In this document: positions 38,199 to 48,407 of the stretch, piece by piece
Position numbering within the stretch: the first letter of the stretch is position 1
Layout of the letters: each line of letters opens with the position of its first letter
Assembly (NCBI GenBank): GCA_902384455.1
Contig: CABMCB010000059.1
Span: forward strand, 1 to 64,000
Length of the DNA stretch: 64,000 nt
Direction of reading: 5' to 3'
Origin: an uncultured archaeon
Lineage (GTDB): Archaea > Altiarchaeota > Altiarchaeia > IMC4 > SCGC-AAA252-I15
Made by a program: the position numbers and the translations under genes
Notes under the pieces: generated by a model
What the model was told of the DNA's origin: nothing
Seen by the model: the letters and a program-made list of their open reading frames with translations, nothing else
Databases searched by the model: none

Positions 38199-40304
38199 TT
38201 ACGCGGACGTTTGCGAACCGAATCCTTGTTTGGTCGGTTCGCCCATTTCGCCTGCCAGACTGTGCTCGGTAGCCTGTCGGAGAACTTCCGCTCCGGCCTT
38301 GCCAAGCTGCTTCTGGTCTTCTAGTTCTTTGTCCTGCTGGAACTTCTGCGTCTGCGCTTGCTGCTGAGCCTGTATCTGCTGAGCCTGCAATGCCGCCGGA
38401 GAGTTCTGTTCGTAGCGCTGCGCTTCCTGGTCCGTCATAGGACGTAGGAAGTCTTGGCTGAACTTCCAGCCTGCGGCGTCCGTAAACGCCTTGAAGATTG
38501 CAACCGCGTCGAACTGATAGTGACCGTCGTTCACATTCTTGACGAAGGTCGGGTTGTTCAAAAGCTGAATGATAATCGGCAACGCTTGCGCCATTTCTTT
38601 CTTTGCGCCAAGCTTTGCGCCTGCAAGGACTTCATACTCGTATTTCGCGTTGCGAAACTCGATATGGTCGCCCATGTAGGCAGAGCCAAGTTCTTCACCA
38701 AGGATGCGGCGAAGGACTGACGTCGGCAACAGTTCGTTGTTCAACTGGTCCATCTGGTACAGCCACGGTTCGAAGACCTGTCGAACTAGTCTTCCACTCG
38801 GGCCGTCGAGTCTCGATGCGTTAGCCTGGACAACAGCCGCCGCTCCGGTACCTGAACGCATACCGGTAGTCTTAACGCCTGCTGACCCTGCGCCCATCAT
38901 GACTTGCTCGTTTGCGCCGGATGTCTGTTGTGCCGCCGCCTGAGCCTGTTGAATGAACTGCCATGCTTCACCAGGGACTGGGGGCATCGTCAAGAACTTG
39001 AATGCCTTGTCCACGTCATCATCAACGTCGATGATGCCGCCCTGCTTCCAACGCGTCATCTGCGTCGGAACGTTGAAGCCCTTCTTTCTAACGGCTGTAG
39101 GCTGTAGCCCGTATGCAAGTAGGTCAAGTGCGAGGTTCGTTACCCCTTGCTCAACGACTTGCTCTGCTCCAATAAGTTGGCCTAGGCCCTGGCCGTAAAA
39201 GCTGTCGGGGATGTTTCTCCAGTTTGCACTGAAGAACGGCAACTTACCGTACGGGTTCTCTTCGTTACGAATTAGAATGTTTCTGCCGCCGAATGACAGC
39301 ACGACAATAACCTTGTCGCGGTCCCAACGCTCAAGAAGTTCCATCGGGTTCTGCAAATGGTCTGCAGTAGAGCGATAGTTTCTCGGCAAAGCCTGTTGTA
39401 GGTAGCCGCGCATTCCTTCCGGAATGGTCATCGTCAAGTTGTCTGGTCCTGACATTTCATTTGCCAGGAAGATTCGCTTCAGTTCATCTTCGTCCGGAAT
39501 GTTGTAGCCCGGAACTTCGCGTAGCGCGTTCAAATCATCGAACGTCACGTAATCACGATAGATGACCCACTTTGCACGGCGAATATCGCCCATGCGGCAA
39601 CCTGGGTCAACTAGAACTGCGCGAACATCGCAGAACTTAATCCACGGACGTGAAATCTTGACGCTGTCCACGTATATTTCATACCCGTCAGAGTCAGGAG
39701 TGTCAATCGGGTCCGTAGGCATTACGCTGTTAAGAGCAGCTTGCGCTCGCTCTCGACGGTAACGCTTAATCTTTTCTTCGTGCTCTAGGTATCCCCACTT
39801 CCAAACGCCGGTACCCAGTAGGGCCATCTGTTCCAGGCCGTACGAGATTTCGGTTTCGAAGTGCATGTCCCAAAGCTGTGCTGAAAACAATGCCGTCTTC
39901 GCTCGGGTGACTTCTTGCTTCGTGCCCGGACGCGGACGTAGAAGGAACGGAGGGTCCTCGTAGAATAGACCCTCCAGAATCTTCGGTACGATGGAGCTAA
40001 TGTGGTTCGATACGGTGAACTTCGGCACCTGGGCCATGAACACGCCGTCGAACGCTGACGCCGACTGCGGACTCTGGTAGATAACCTGAGCCTGCGTCCA
40101 CTGCGCTGCCCACTGATTGATGTTCATGTAGTTGTCGGCCAGCGATGCGTCGTCAATTACAAGCTTCAGTGCTGCACCATCGGAATAAAGGTACGTTCCC
40201 GTCTCTTTATCCTTCTTCAAATCCGCAGAGGTAATTTCTGCGACTGGCTTTACTTCTAGTTCTGCCAGTGCGTCTGCCGCTGCCTGATTTAGTGGTTCGC
40301 TCAT
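38199..40304 (-). CDS. Portal protein
   Basis: 701 aa after the terminase; LGTGVWKWG, ENPYGKLPF, FYGQG, Gln-rich tail. Confidence 0.85.
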   Translation of the reverse strand: MSEPLNQAAADALAELEVKPVAEITSADLKKDKETGTYLYSDGAALKLVIDDASLADNYMNINQWAAQWTQAQVIYQSPQSASAFDGVFMAQVPKFTVSNHISSIVPKILEGLFYEDPPFLLRPRPGTKQEVTRAKTALFSAQLWDMHFETEISYGLEQMALLGTGVWKWGYLEHEEKIKRYRRERAQAALNSVMPTDPIDTPDSDGYEIYVDSVKISRPWIKFCDVRAVLVDPGCRMGDIRRAKWVIYRDYVTFDDLNALREVPGYNIPDEDELKRIFLANEMSGPDNLTMTIPEGMRGYLQQALPRNYRSTADHLQNPMELLERWDRDKVIVVLSFGGRNILIRNEENPYGKLPFFSANWRNIPDSFYGQGLGQLIGAEQVVEQGVTNLALDLLAYGLQPTAVRKKGFNVPTQMTRWKQGGIIDVDDDVDKAFKFLTMPPVPGEAWQFIQQAQAAAQQTSGANEQVMMGAGSAGVKTTGMRSGTGAAAVVQANASRLDGPSGRLVRQVFEPWLYQMDQLNNELLPTSVLRRILGEELGSAYMGDHIEFRNAKYEYEVLAGAKLGAKKEMAQALPIIIQLLNNPTFVKNVNDGHYQFDAVAIFKAFTDAAGWKFSQDFLRPMTDQEAQRYEQNSPAALQAQQIQAQQQAQTQKFQQDKELEDQKQLGKAGAEVLRQATEHSLAGEMGEPTKQGFGSQTSA

Positions 40305-42586
40305 GCTCTCAGTCCATTACCTCGAAAGAATTTATTTGCCACTTCACCCATCGGGCTACGCGACTCCTCTCGTGGCTCACTATACGACGGCCACTGCGAC
40401 GGTTGAGTCGAGTATCCGCCGGTATCGGCTCCGAATATGACGCGGTTCATCTCGCGACGTAGCTGTTCCCGGTACTGGGCTTCCTTCTGCGCTGTCTGCT
40501 GGTCGAGTTCCTTTTGGGATAGTCGAACCATAGACGGGATGCGCTTTGCCAGCATCGACAACACGTCCGGAACGTCGTCCTTGAAGTAACGAGTACTCTT
40601 CTGGCCCTTGTACTTCTCTAGCTCGCTGAACACTTCTTCGTTCCAGCTTGCTATCATGAAGTACAAACGTGCTGCACGAAGCAGCAGTTCGACGCCCTTG
40701 ATGCGATTTTTCTTCGCGCTCTCGGAGTTGTCAGGCGTTGACCATACAATGTACGGCCAGTGCCCGTATTTGAGTTTCGAAACGTCTATCAATCGTTCTT
40801 TGAACGTCAATAGTCCGCCAGTGTCTTCGCCGGACCAGGACTTCGGTCGCCACTTGTTGTTCATTTCTGTGATTCGGTTGATGGTCTCGTTCTGTGACCA
40901 CTTCCCGAACTGAACGTCAAGGATGACCATCACCCACTTCGCATCCGGTCGCTCCGGAAGGATGCCGTTCTCATCCGGCTGGATGAGAGTCGAACCCTCT
41001 TGATAGACCTTGCCTATCGCGAGAGCGGTGTAGTCTGAAAACTGTTTGTTTTCCTTCGCCATGTCGATAGCGCCGTATACATATCCCGGTGCTGCCAACA
41101 CTTCGGCCAAGGTCTTGTCTCGACGCTGCTCCAAGAGTAGTCGGTCAAGACTAATTGAGTTCGCATCGCCCCAAACAGGTTGGTTAAGCTGCTGACATCT
41201 GAAACTTTTTTCGTTCTTGCGCAAATCCTTTCGAAGACTCTTGAAAGGTTTGTGCTCGGGAAAGGTCAACGTGACCATTTCCTCGGTTAGGTCAAAGAGA
41301 CTTCTCTCTTCGACGTCCTTGAACTCTTCCTTGACGTACCATGCGGCACGCGTGAAGAACTTCAGGTTGTAATCTTCTTCGCTTTCCTTGTTCTGGTCGA
41401 GAGAGATTCCGTAGTAGTCGTCCGGAAAGTATCTCGTGCCAATCATGTCGTGCCAGCCCCAAGGCATCAAAAGGTTGACAGCGCCGTCAGCCTTATCCTT
41501 CAAGGCTTGGCGCGTCTCGTCAGTCAGACAGTTATCGTCTGTGACGATGTCGTCAAACTTCAACACATCGCAGTGGAAACCAGACAGTGACGAACCAATG
41601 GACATGATGCCCATCGTCGGGTCCGGTGATTCCAGCTTGCGGCCTGGGTAGATGTACGGCTCTTTGGAGTCGCCGTCCGCGCTGCGGTCAACGTACTCAG
41701 GAAAGAGCAGGTGAAACTTCGTCGGTCGCTGTCCCGGCGGCAAAAAGAACTTGCCCTTGAACAGTGACAGGAACTGAAGCGTAAGCTTGTACGTTCCTGA
41801 CATCATCAGGATGCGTACGTCGGGACATGAGATGACCCACTGCACCGTGTCAAGAATGTCCGTGAAGGTCTTGAAGAACCCGCGAGGGTCCAGAAGAATC
41901 ATCGTACGTGCTTGGTTGGTGTACTTCTCTGCTTCAATCGGGTCCTGAATCCAGGAACCCATGTCGTGAATCTCTGTAGCCGCTGTCGGCAGTGATTCGC
42001 CCGGTGTGTACTCTTCTTTCTGAACCCACACGCGGGGAACTCGGTTCTGCTTGTTGAACGCGGCCTTGACTTCCTTCGTCGTGTATCCTTCTTCGAACAC
42101 GCCGTCGAAATCTTTCTGCACGAACTGATTCGTGGTCACGCGGTGAACGTGCTCGAAGTAGTCCATGTCGAATACTTCTTTGCCGAACCAGAACAGGTCC
42201 TTACGGGCCTGGTCGCGTGCGTAAAGCCACTGGTCAAACTCAAGATACCCGTTCGCGCCTTCGTGATGCTTCGAACGGAAGTAGAATCGACCTGGTAGCT
42301 CGAACGCTCTGCACGGAATGACCGTGTAACCCTTCTTCGGGTTCTTCGCGGCTTCCTTTCTCGCGTTAATCTTGCCGGTGGAGATTTCAACCTCGGTGGA
42401 CGTCTCGCGGACGTAGCCTAGGTAGAGATTCCACAATTCGGTCAGCGACATAGACTCGCCACGGAATCTCTTGCCGTTGGCGTTTTCATCCCAGGCTTCT
42501 ACGAAGTCAGGCCAGAACTCAATCTGAGTCTTAATCCTGTCCGCTAGAAAATTGAGAATGTCTTTGTCTCTTCCGATTGCTGGCAT
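40301..42586 (-). CDS. terL: Terminase large subunit
   Basis: PRGFFKT Walker A variant, LKFDD Walker B, IGTRY, QQLNQP, IDMA...DYT, KDDVPD. Confidence 0.9.
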   Translation of the reverse strand: MPAIGRDKDILNFLADRIKTQIEFWPDFVEAWDENANGKRFRGESMSLTELWNLYLGYVRETSTEVEISTGKINARKEAAKNPKKGYTVIPCRAFELPGRFYFRSKHHEGANGYLEFDQWLYARDQARKDLFWFGKEVFDMDYFEHVHRVTTNQFVQKDFDGVFEEGYTTKEVKAAFNKQNRVPRVWVQKEEYTPGESLPTAATEIHDMGSWIQDPIEAEKYTNQARTMILLDPRGFFKTFTDILDTVQWVISCPDVRILMMSGTYKLTLQFLSLFKGKFFLPPGQRPTKFHLLFPEYVDRSADGDSKEPYIYPGRKLESPDPTMGIMSIGSSLSGFHCDVLKFDDIVTDDNCLTDETRQALKDKADGAVNLLMPWGWHDMIGTRYFPDDYYGISLDQNKESEEDYNLKFFTRAAWYVKEEFKDVEERSLFDLTEEMVTLTFPEHKPFKSLRKDLRKNEKSFRCQQLNQPVWGDANSISLDRLLLEQRRDKTLAEVLAAPGYVYGAIDMAKENKQFSDYTALAIGKVYQEGSTLIQPDENGILPERPDAKWVMVILDVQFGKWSQNETINRITEMNNKWRPKSWSGEDTGGLLTFKERLIDVSKLKYGHWPYIVWSTPDNSESAKKNRIKGVELLLRAARLYFMIASWNEEVFSELEKYKGQKSTRYFKDDVPDVLSMLAKRIPSMVRLSQKELDQQTAQKEAQYREQLRREMNRVIFGADTGGYSTQPSQWPSYSEPREESRSPMGEVANKFFRGNGLRA

Positions 42587-42595
42587 TGGGCCTCT

Positions 42596-42838
42596 TTATG
42601 GGTTCGCTTTCACGTATTCAGCGATGTTGTCGGCCTTGGCTTTCAGTCCTGCGGCTTCAGATGCGCCGCCGTCGAATGCGCTCGGCTTGCTCGGTTCTTT
42701 TCTTGCTGCTCGTGCTACCGCGTGCGATGCGTTCGAATACTCGTGATGCATCGGTCCGCCAGCACTGGCTTGAAACTTGTTCGCGTTGTCTAGAGTCTTA
42801 TGCGCCGACGCTAGAGCGTTTGAAATGAAACTTCCCAT
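42596..42838 (-). CDS. Small hypothetical protein
   Basis: GGGGAG RBS; HEYSNASH shared with the 44544-44723 ORF. Confidence 0.55.
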   Translation of the reverse strand: MGSFISNALASAHKTLDNANKFQASAGGPMHHEYSNASHAVARAARKEPSKPSAFDGGASEAAGLKAKADNIAEYVKANP

Positions 42839-43137
42839 CACTCCCCCCTAGGGACTGGACCGCTCGGGACATCCTTCGTGTCCTTTGAATCATCTTTCTT
42901 ATCGAACATCTTCGATGCCCGGTTCACCGCGTAAGGCGCTGTCGCGAATGCACCCAATCCGGCAGAGGTTCCGCCGTCCGGCCATCCGTGCGTCTTGATT
43001 GCGATGTAAACCAACACGAAGCTGGCAACGACGCTGTGAACGAGGGCGAGCAGCCGAGATGAACTCGGCTCGCCGTTGTCAGAGAACGCCTTGCGTAGAT
43101 GCTCCGCAATTTTGGCTGAGATGTTCTTTAGGTCCAT
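42838..43137 (-). CDS. Small two-TM membrane protein (holin-like)
   Basis: FSDNGEPSSSRL followed by two hydrophobic segments. Confidence 0.55.
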   Translation of the reverse strand: MDLKNISAKIAEHLRKAFSDNGEPSSSRLLALVHSVVASFVLVYIAIKTHGWPDGGTSAGLGAFATAPYAVNRASKMFDKKDDSKDTKDVPSGPVPRGE

Positions 43138-43331
43138 TACTTCTTCTTGAAGCCCTTCATCGTGTGCGCCATGTTAGCCATGTGCGCTACGTGCTCGTTG
43201 GGGCTGTTCATTGCTGACTCTAGTCTATCCTGAGGAATGTTTTCCTTCATCGGGATGTGTAGAGCTTCGTGCAGTCCGCCCTTGCGCAAATGGCGCATAG
43301 CGCGGTACATGCTGGTGTGTTGCTTTTCCAT
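43137..43331 (-). CDS. Small His/Met-rich protein
   Basis: KGGLHEALHIP...IP motif. Confidence 0.6.
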   Translation of the reverse strand: MEKQHTSMYRAMRHLRKGGLHEALHIPMKENIPQDRLESAMNSPNEHVAHMANMAHTMKGFKKK

Positions 43332-43332
43332 G

Positions 43333-43602
43333 TTAGGCTCCCGGCATTGCTGCAGGAGCAGCCGCTGCTGGCGCTGCTGCTGGTGCGGCTGCGGCCATCG
43401 GCTGGTTGTGTTCGTCCATGCCCTCGCCCGGGTTAGCTGAACCTAGGTGGTCCTGCATGCCGTCGTGAACGTGGTCGAGACTCTGCACAGCGTACTTCTT
43501 GTGGCTCTTGCCATCTTCGTGCTCGTGGTGCATGGTGTGGCTACCATCGGCGTGATGCTCGATGTGCGTGTGCTTGTAGCCGTGTCCTGCGTGCTTCTTC
43601 AT
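43333..43602 (-). CDS. His-rich small protein
   Basis: HTHIEHHADGSHTMHHEH. Confidence 0.65.
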   Translation of the reverse strand: MKKHAGHGYKHTHIEHHADGSHTMHHEHEDGKSHKKYAVQSLDHVHDGMQDHLGSANPGEGMDEHNQPMAAAAPAAAPAAAAPAAMPGA

Positions 43603-43611
43603 GATAGCCTC

Positions 43612-44220
43612 TTAACTCACAACATCCGAATCTTTCGTCTCTTCCTTGAAGAGTGGTTCAGCCGTGTATCCGGTGTTCGTTTCGTAAACGCCGACTACGC
43701 CGCCTGGTTTTACCTTGACGTGCTCATGGTCGTGATGATACAGAGCGCCCAGTTGGTGAATGATGGAACTGTGCACGAACGCGATTGCGGGAACGCCTGA
43801 TTCTTTCCCGCGCTTCACGACCGCTTCGATTTCAGGGTTCACTCGGTCCTGAAAGTCCTTGATGCGCTCGCCGCCGGGAATCTTAGCGTCCGTATTCCTC
43901 TGATAGTAACGGATGGCATCGAGATTACTTTCCGTCTTCAGTTGACCGGCATACTCACCGACGTTCAAAGCGTCCAGGTTCTTCCGCTCCGTGTGACCGA
44001 TGTCTCGGCCTCTCAGAACGATGTCCGCCATCTGCTTCGTGCGCTTCTTGCTGCTCGTGAATGCTGATGACAGGCCGCGAGTCCGAATCAAGTCTCGAAC
44101 TTCTTCGCCCTGCTTCTTTCCGTTCTCATCCAGGTCCACGTCTAGAGGACCACGGAACTTTCCGGAATCATTCAGAGTCGTTGAGCCGTGTCGAACGAAT
44201 AACGCAACCAATCGGTGCAT
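43612..44220 (-). CDS. Histidine phosphatase (phosphoglycerate mutase family)
   Basis: VRHG.T..N, D..L...G..Q, FTSS..RT.Q, PGGE, VHS. Confidence 0.9.
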   Translation of the reverse strand: MHRLVALFVRHGSTTLNDSGKFRGPLDVDLDENGKKQGEEVRDLIRTRGLSSAFTSSKKRTKQMADIVLRGRDIGHTERKNLDALNVGEYAGQLKTESNLDAIRYYQRNTDAKIPGGERIKDFQDRVNPEIEAVVKRGKESGVPAIAFVHSSIIHQLGALYHHDHEHVKVKPGGVVGVYETNTGYTAEPLFKEETKDSDVVS

Positions 44221-44221
44221 G

Positions 44222-44551
44222 TTATTCCTCTTTTTCGCCGTCCTCATGCCCCTTCTGGTCCACGAACTCACAACATCCTTTCTCGATGTTGATAATGGGC
44301 AGAAGGCTTTTGTCCTTCTTCACTTCCTTGTCCGCGATTACGACTGGGTGATTACATCGCCCCATGCCGCTTTCGTCCGCGACCGGCTTGCCTTCTTTGT
44401 CGCGCTTCAAGAATGTGCAATCTTCACAGTGATACGGGCCGTCTTCAGCATAGCCGGAAAGCTTGGTGCTCGGCGCAGGCCAGATTGGACCAACATCATC
44501 GAGCAATCTGCGTAGCGCGGCAATTTTCTTCAGCCAGCTTTTCTCAGCCAT
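44222..44551 (-). CDS. HiPIP-like four-Cys protein
   Basis: GY...CEDC.FL...GRC...GCCEF. Confidence 0.5.
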   Translation of the reverse strand: MAEKSWLKKIAALRRLLDDVGPIWPAPSTKLSGYAEDGPYHCEDCTFLKRDKEGKPVADESGMGRCNHPVVIADKEVKKDKSLLPIINIEKGCCEFVDQKGHEDGEKEE

Positions 44552-44723
44552 CTTTTCTCATCTTTCGAACATGTTCGTACGAAGCATTTGAATGTTCGTG
44601 AACATGTTCCGGGAGGTGGTGCATTCCCTTCGTCGCAGCGTCAAACTCTTTCAAGTTCTCTTTTCCGAACTCTTCAGGATGGGCATGCGCCCAACCTTGT
44701 TGCGCTTGCGATACGAACGGCAT
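44544..44723 (-). CDS. Small His-rich protein (MPFxSxAQ type)
   Basis: 59-aa ORF read by hand; GGAG RBS. Confidence 0.6.
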   Translation of the reverse strand: MPFVSQAQQGWAHAHPEEFGKENLKEFDAATKGMHHLPEHVHEHSNASYEHVRKMRKDG

Positions 44724-44734
44724 GACTGCTCCGC

Positions 44735-44995
44735 TTACAACTCTATCTTTGTCTCCGGTTCGTCATTCTTCAAGTGACTCAAGTGGTTGTTCAGAAGTGC
44801 GTCCATGCTTGTCTCCATGACAATCATGTGCTTACGCGCTTCCGGAAAGAAATCTTTCGCTTCAGAAAATACGTCAATAATTGGTTGGACCCAAGAGCGT
44901 CCCTTCCAACCCAATATCACGAGTCCCGTGAAGATACTCAAATCCCTGATGAACGAACCGAGTTCTCCCAACGTCACAGCACTCGGATTGAACAT
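44735..44995 (-). CDS. Small membrane protein
   Basis: One TM helix; NNHLSH. Confidence 0.55.
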   Translation of the reverse strand: MFNPSAVTLGELGSFIRDLSIFTGLVILGWKGRSWVQPIIDVFSEAKDFFPEARKHMIVMETSMDALLNNHLSHLKNDEPETKIEL

Positions 44996-45119
44996 AGGTT
45001 CCCTTTAGAATATGTGTCGCGGCTATAACGCGGCGTGCCCTGGTTTTCACAGATGTCGAGAGGAGGGCTGGAATCTTTTTCTCCAGCCCTATCACATCTC
45101 GGAGGTTAATCCAGCCAGC

Positions 45120-45773
45120 TTACTCCGCTGAAATCTGGAACTGGAACAAGCTAGCAGTGTTCGTTGCATCGCTTGTGCCGAACGTTGCGCGAACTAGCAA
45201 CCCAAACGGGTAGCTGTTCACTGCGGTCGGTGCGAAGTTGATACCTGCAATCGTGTTCTGTAGGATGACAGATGCTGCGGTGCCAGCCTGGTTCAAGAAC
45301 GCGCCACCGACCATGCCGGTGTAGTATCCGCTCACAAGACCGGATGCTGAATCGCCGAATAGAACGGCGTCAAGCAACCAACCTTCTGCGTTCGCGAACT
45401 TCGGTGCTGCTGCGCCCAACGAAGCGATGACCACGTAGGTCGGTGCTGCTTCGGTGTTCGTGTTAGCCACGAGTTCGATGTTCACGGTACCTGACGGGTC
45501 TCCCGAGTCAGAACCGTATGTTCCTGCTGCAGTCACGTAAAACTTCTGTGCGTTCAAGCGGTTTGCGCCTGGAACACGAAGCTGACCAACTGCGCTTGTT
45601 GCTGACGGAACCGCGCCCTGTTGTAGGGAATCTGCTGCCGCGTTCACGCCTGAGTTCGACGATGCCCAACCCGGACGGCCAGGAAGGTCGGAGAAGTACT
45701 TCGCTCCGGTTCCGGTTCCGCCGACGGTTGATGGTGCCGCGCCGTTTACTAGATATTCTGCAATTACACCCAT
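45120..45773 (-). CDS. Virion structural protein
   Basis: AAGGAG RBS; Gly/Ala/Thr-rich. Confidence 0.65.
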   Translation of the reverse strand: MGVIAEYLVNGAAPSTVGGTGTGAKYFSDLPGRPGWASSNSGVNAAADSLQQGAVPSATSAVGQLRVPGANRLNAQKFYVTAAGTYGSDSGDPSGTVNIELVANTNTEAAPTYVVIASLGAAAPKFANAEGWLLDAVLFGDSASGLVSGYYTGMVGGAFLNQAGTAASVILQNTIAGINFAPTAVNSYPFGLLVRATFGTSDATNTASLFQFQISAE

Positions 45774-46010
45774 TTTGTTTCTCCTTTATGTACGAGATAC
45801 ATACGCTGCCGGTTCAAGCCCGGTATACGTGCCTGCTCCCGCTTTAATAGATTACGTTTGAGCGCAATCTAAACTTGTTAGGTCCTGCTGTTCTGCGGAG
45901 CCTGACCTGTGTCTGTGCCATCTTGAATCACCTTATCCTAATGGAATCTCAGTCCACAGTAGTGGCGGGGTTTCTGCCTTACGTTTATTAAGAAGTTCTA
46001 TTGTCATCTT

Positions 46011-47612
46011 TTATCCCAGACAAATCCAAGTGATAATTACGGTGTCCGCCACAATGGGCGTTCCTACAAATGTGATAACTAAAGTAGTGGTAGTCGTTGA
46101 TTCTTCGATTGTTGTCAGGGGTTGTGTTCCACCCTGCTGTTTAGCAATAGCAAATGGGGCGACAGCGAATGCGCCATTTTTGAAAGTCAACGTAGTCGTT
46201 GGATTGGGCGCTGGTGCAGTACCTACGGTAACAGTAATCTGCCCACGAGTATCTGTGCTCCCCGAAGTAACTGCAACAGACGCCCCGGTACCCCATCCAG
46301 AAAGAACAAAATCACCAGCAACAAGAGACGTACCCTTTGTCGCCAATATCCGACGAAGCGTACCGTCGTTCAAACTTACATTGAAATTATAAGAAGTCGC
46401 ATTATTGACATAACGAGCAAAAGAAGCATCGGTGACAATTTGTCCTGTACTTGTCGTATCGTTAACAGAATTTACAAAGGTGCCGTTACGGACAGACTCA
46501 AGAACAATATTTTTTGAAATACCTGACGCAGTTTCAGAAATTTTAATAGCGTCCCCGCCGCTTATATTACCACCAAAAGTGACACCTACAATATAAGCAC
46601 TATTAACATTTATGATATCAATTCCGTCTGTTGTCCCTGTTTCTGTCCCTACCTTCTGGCCTTCAAAATAAGTATTCAAAATACTGATATTATTCACAGA
46701 ACCGGGGCCAGACCCGAATCCGGTAGTAGAATCTATGGAAAGTAATGGTTTTCCACCAGCGGAGTGTTCAATAGCTCCACCAAGAAGAGTTATCTGGCCG
46801 CTCGTGCCGTTAATAAGCATTCCGATTGTAGTAAATCCAGAAACACCTTGTGAGCCAATAATCCAATTATTATCCCACATAAACACACTGCAACCTTCAA
46901 TATGAACATTAGAAGGCGTGGTCATCGCCGATGAAAAAACACAATTCCTCACACCACTATTAACAAATACGCGCTTAAAGTGCCCGATAGAATCGGAGCA
47001 AACGGCTGTTTGGTTTCCTTGAAAATAACAGTTTTCAAGAAACATAAATTCTTGTGTACCGTCTTGAGTACCGTTTGCTACAAGGGAACTAACGTTAGCG
47101 GAAGGACCAAGATAAAAACCACCAGAAGAAGGTAGTCCTCCCAAAGACCCGCCCACGCCGCCAACTCCTATAATTGAGCAGGCGTTGAAAACTTGAATAG
47201 CATCAACTCCACCAACTACATTCACATTAAAGCGCGTTCCTCTATCTATTAACAAAGAAACTGCTTTTGTGTTTGTAGTATCTCCGACCCTCAACTGAGA
47301 TGAGATTGTATGAACATTTGCTCCCAAGCCGCGAGCGTCAACTATTCCGCCCCCAGATGGTAAGTCAGCTATAGCGGAAGCAATCCACGCACCAGCATCC
47401 GCTCCCGACCAGCCAGCGGAATTAAGATTATCTACAAATCGAATATTAGAAATGTTTTTTGGAGCAAGCGACGTCCCAAAAGCTAAATTCCCTTGTGGAT
47501 TTCCGACTGAGTCAATCCACGCAATAGGACCGCCACCGCGAACCCGGAGTTGAAGAAAATCTTCTCCCGACGATGTTTCCCAATTATTTTGTGTGGTAGC
47601 CGCCGAATTCAC
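46011..47612 (-). CDS. Beta-helix tailspike/depolymerase-like protein
   Basis: AIADLPSGGGIVDAR followed by periodic N/I/G beta-helix rungs; low GC. Confidence 0.7.
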   Translation of the reverse strand: MNSAATTQNNWETSSGEDFLQLRVRGGGPIAWIDSVGNPQGNLAFGTSLAPKNISNIRFVDNLNSAGWSGADAGAWIASAIADLPSGGGIVDARGLGANVHTISSQLRVGDTTNTKAVSLLIDRGTRFNVNVVGGVDAIQVFNACSIIGVGGVGGSLGGLPSSGGFYLGPSANVSSLVANGTQDGTQEFMFLENCYFQGNQTAVCSDSIGHFKRVFVNSGVRNCVFSSAMTTPSNVHIEGCSVFMWDNNWIIGSQGVSGFTTIGMLINGTSGQITLLGGAIEHSAGGKPLLSIDSTTGFGSGPGSVNNISILNTYFEGQKVGTETGTTDGIDIINVNSAYIVGVTFGGNISGGDAIKISETASGISKNIVLESVRNGTFVNSVNDTTSTGQIVTDASFARYVNNATSYNFNVSLNDGTLRRILATKGTSLVAGDFVLSGWGTGASVAVTSGSTDTRGQITVTVGTAPAPNPTTTLTFKNGAFAVAPFAIAKQQGGTQPLTTIEESTTTTTLVITFVGTPIVADTVIITWICLG

Positions 47613-47692
47613 CGCAATCTCCCTTTATAAAGACAACCACAGTCACAATGTCGTTTTTAATAGCATCACATATTATTAGCTTATGCAAACTC

Positions 47693-48406
47693 TTAATACT
47701 TTACAAATAATCGCGCCACGACAGTTCCAACAGTAGGTGTTGTGTTTGTCCAACCAAATGCTAGTGCTCTGAGAGGGAAGAAAAGATTATTTATAAGTGT
47801 CCCTGATCCTTGTCCACTCAAAGGGCTAGACTCTGAACCGAAACGCCAAGACCCCCAAACATTAGCAGGCATACCAGTAGCAAAATTCAACCCGTTTAAT
47901 AGAGGCGTCGTTCCGTCCTCCGCATATACATATTGAAGGATATTTGCAGCTTGAGTAGGGTTAGCATAAATTACTGCTTCTTTTGCCCCGCGCATATCTA
48001 TCGTGTTTGTATTTACAGTGGTACCACTTGCTGGCAGCGTGATGGCGTTCGCTCCTAATTCAACAGGAGAGTATATTGCCGCAGCGCCAAAAACAGGGGC
48101 GTCATAACCAATGACATTAACAGACACAATGCCCGTGCCGACAAAATTAGTTATATTTACTCTTACCGCAGTTATTGATGAAGATGGGCGAAATACGTAA
48201 TCAGAAAGCTGAGTGCGTGGCCCAAAAAGACCAGCGGAAGTCCACGTAGTGCCATCGGTAGAGGTATCCGCTTGAATAGACAATCCTGTCACAGTGGCGG
48301 GAGAAATCCATTGAATCTTATAAAACGATACCGCAGCGGGAACCGGAATTGAGGGATTCGCGCCAACACCAGAAAGACTAACCTGTGAACTAAAAATTTG
48401 AGCCAT
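47693..48406 (-). CDS. Beta-rich virion protein (low-GC island)
   Basis: STDGTTW motif; AT-rich codons. Confidence 0.6.
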   Translation of the reverse strand: MAQIFSSQVSLSGVGANPSIPVPAAVSFYKIQWISPATVTGLSIQADTSTDGTTWTSAGLFGPRTQLSDYVFRPSSSITAVRVNITNFVGTGIVSVNVIGYDAPVFGAAAIYSPVELGANAITLPASGTTVNTNTIDMRGAKEAVIYANPTQAANILQYVYAEDGTTPLLNGLNFATGMPANVWGSWRFGSESSPLSGQGSGTLINNLFFPLRALAFGWTNTTPTVGTVVARLFVKY

Positions 48407-48407
48407 C

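Noticed and set aside
15857-42828. + strand ORFs antisense to structural genes
   Set aside because: Shadow ORFs of GC-rich coding sequence with no motifs or RBS.
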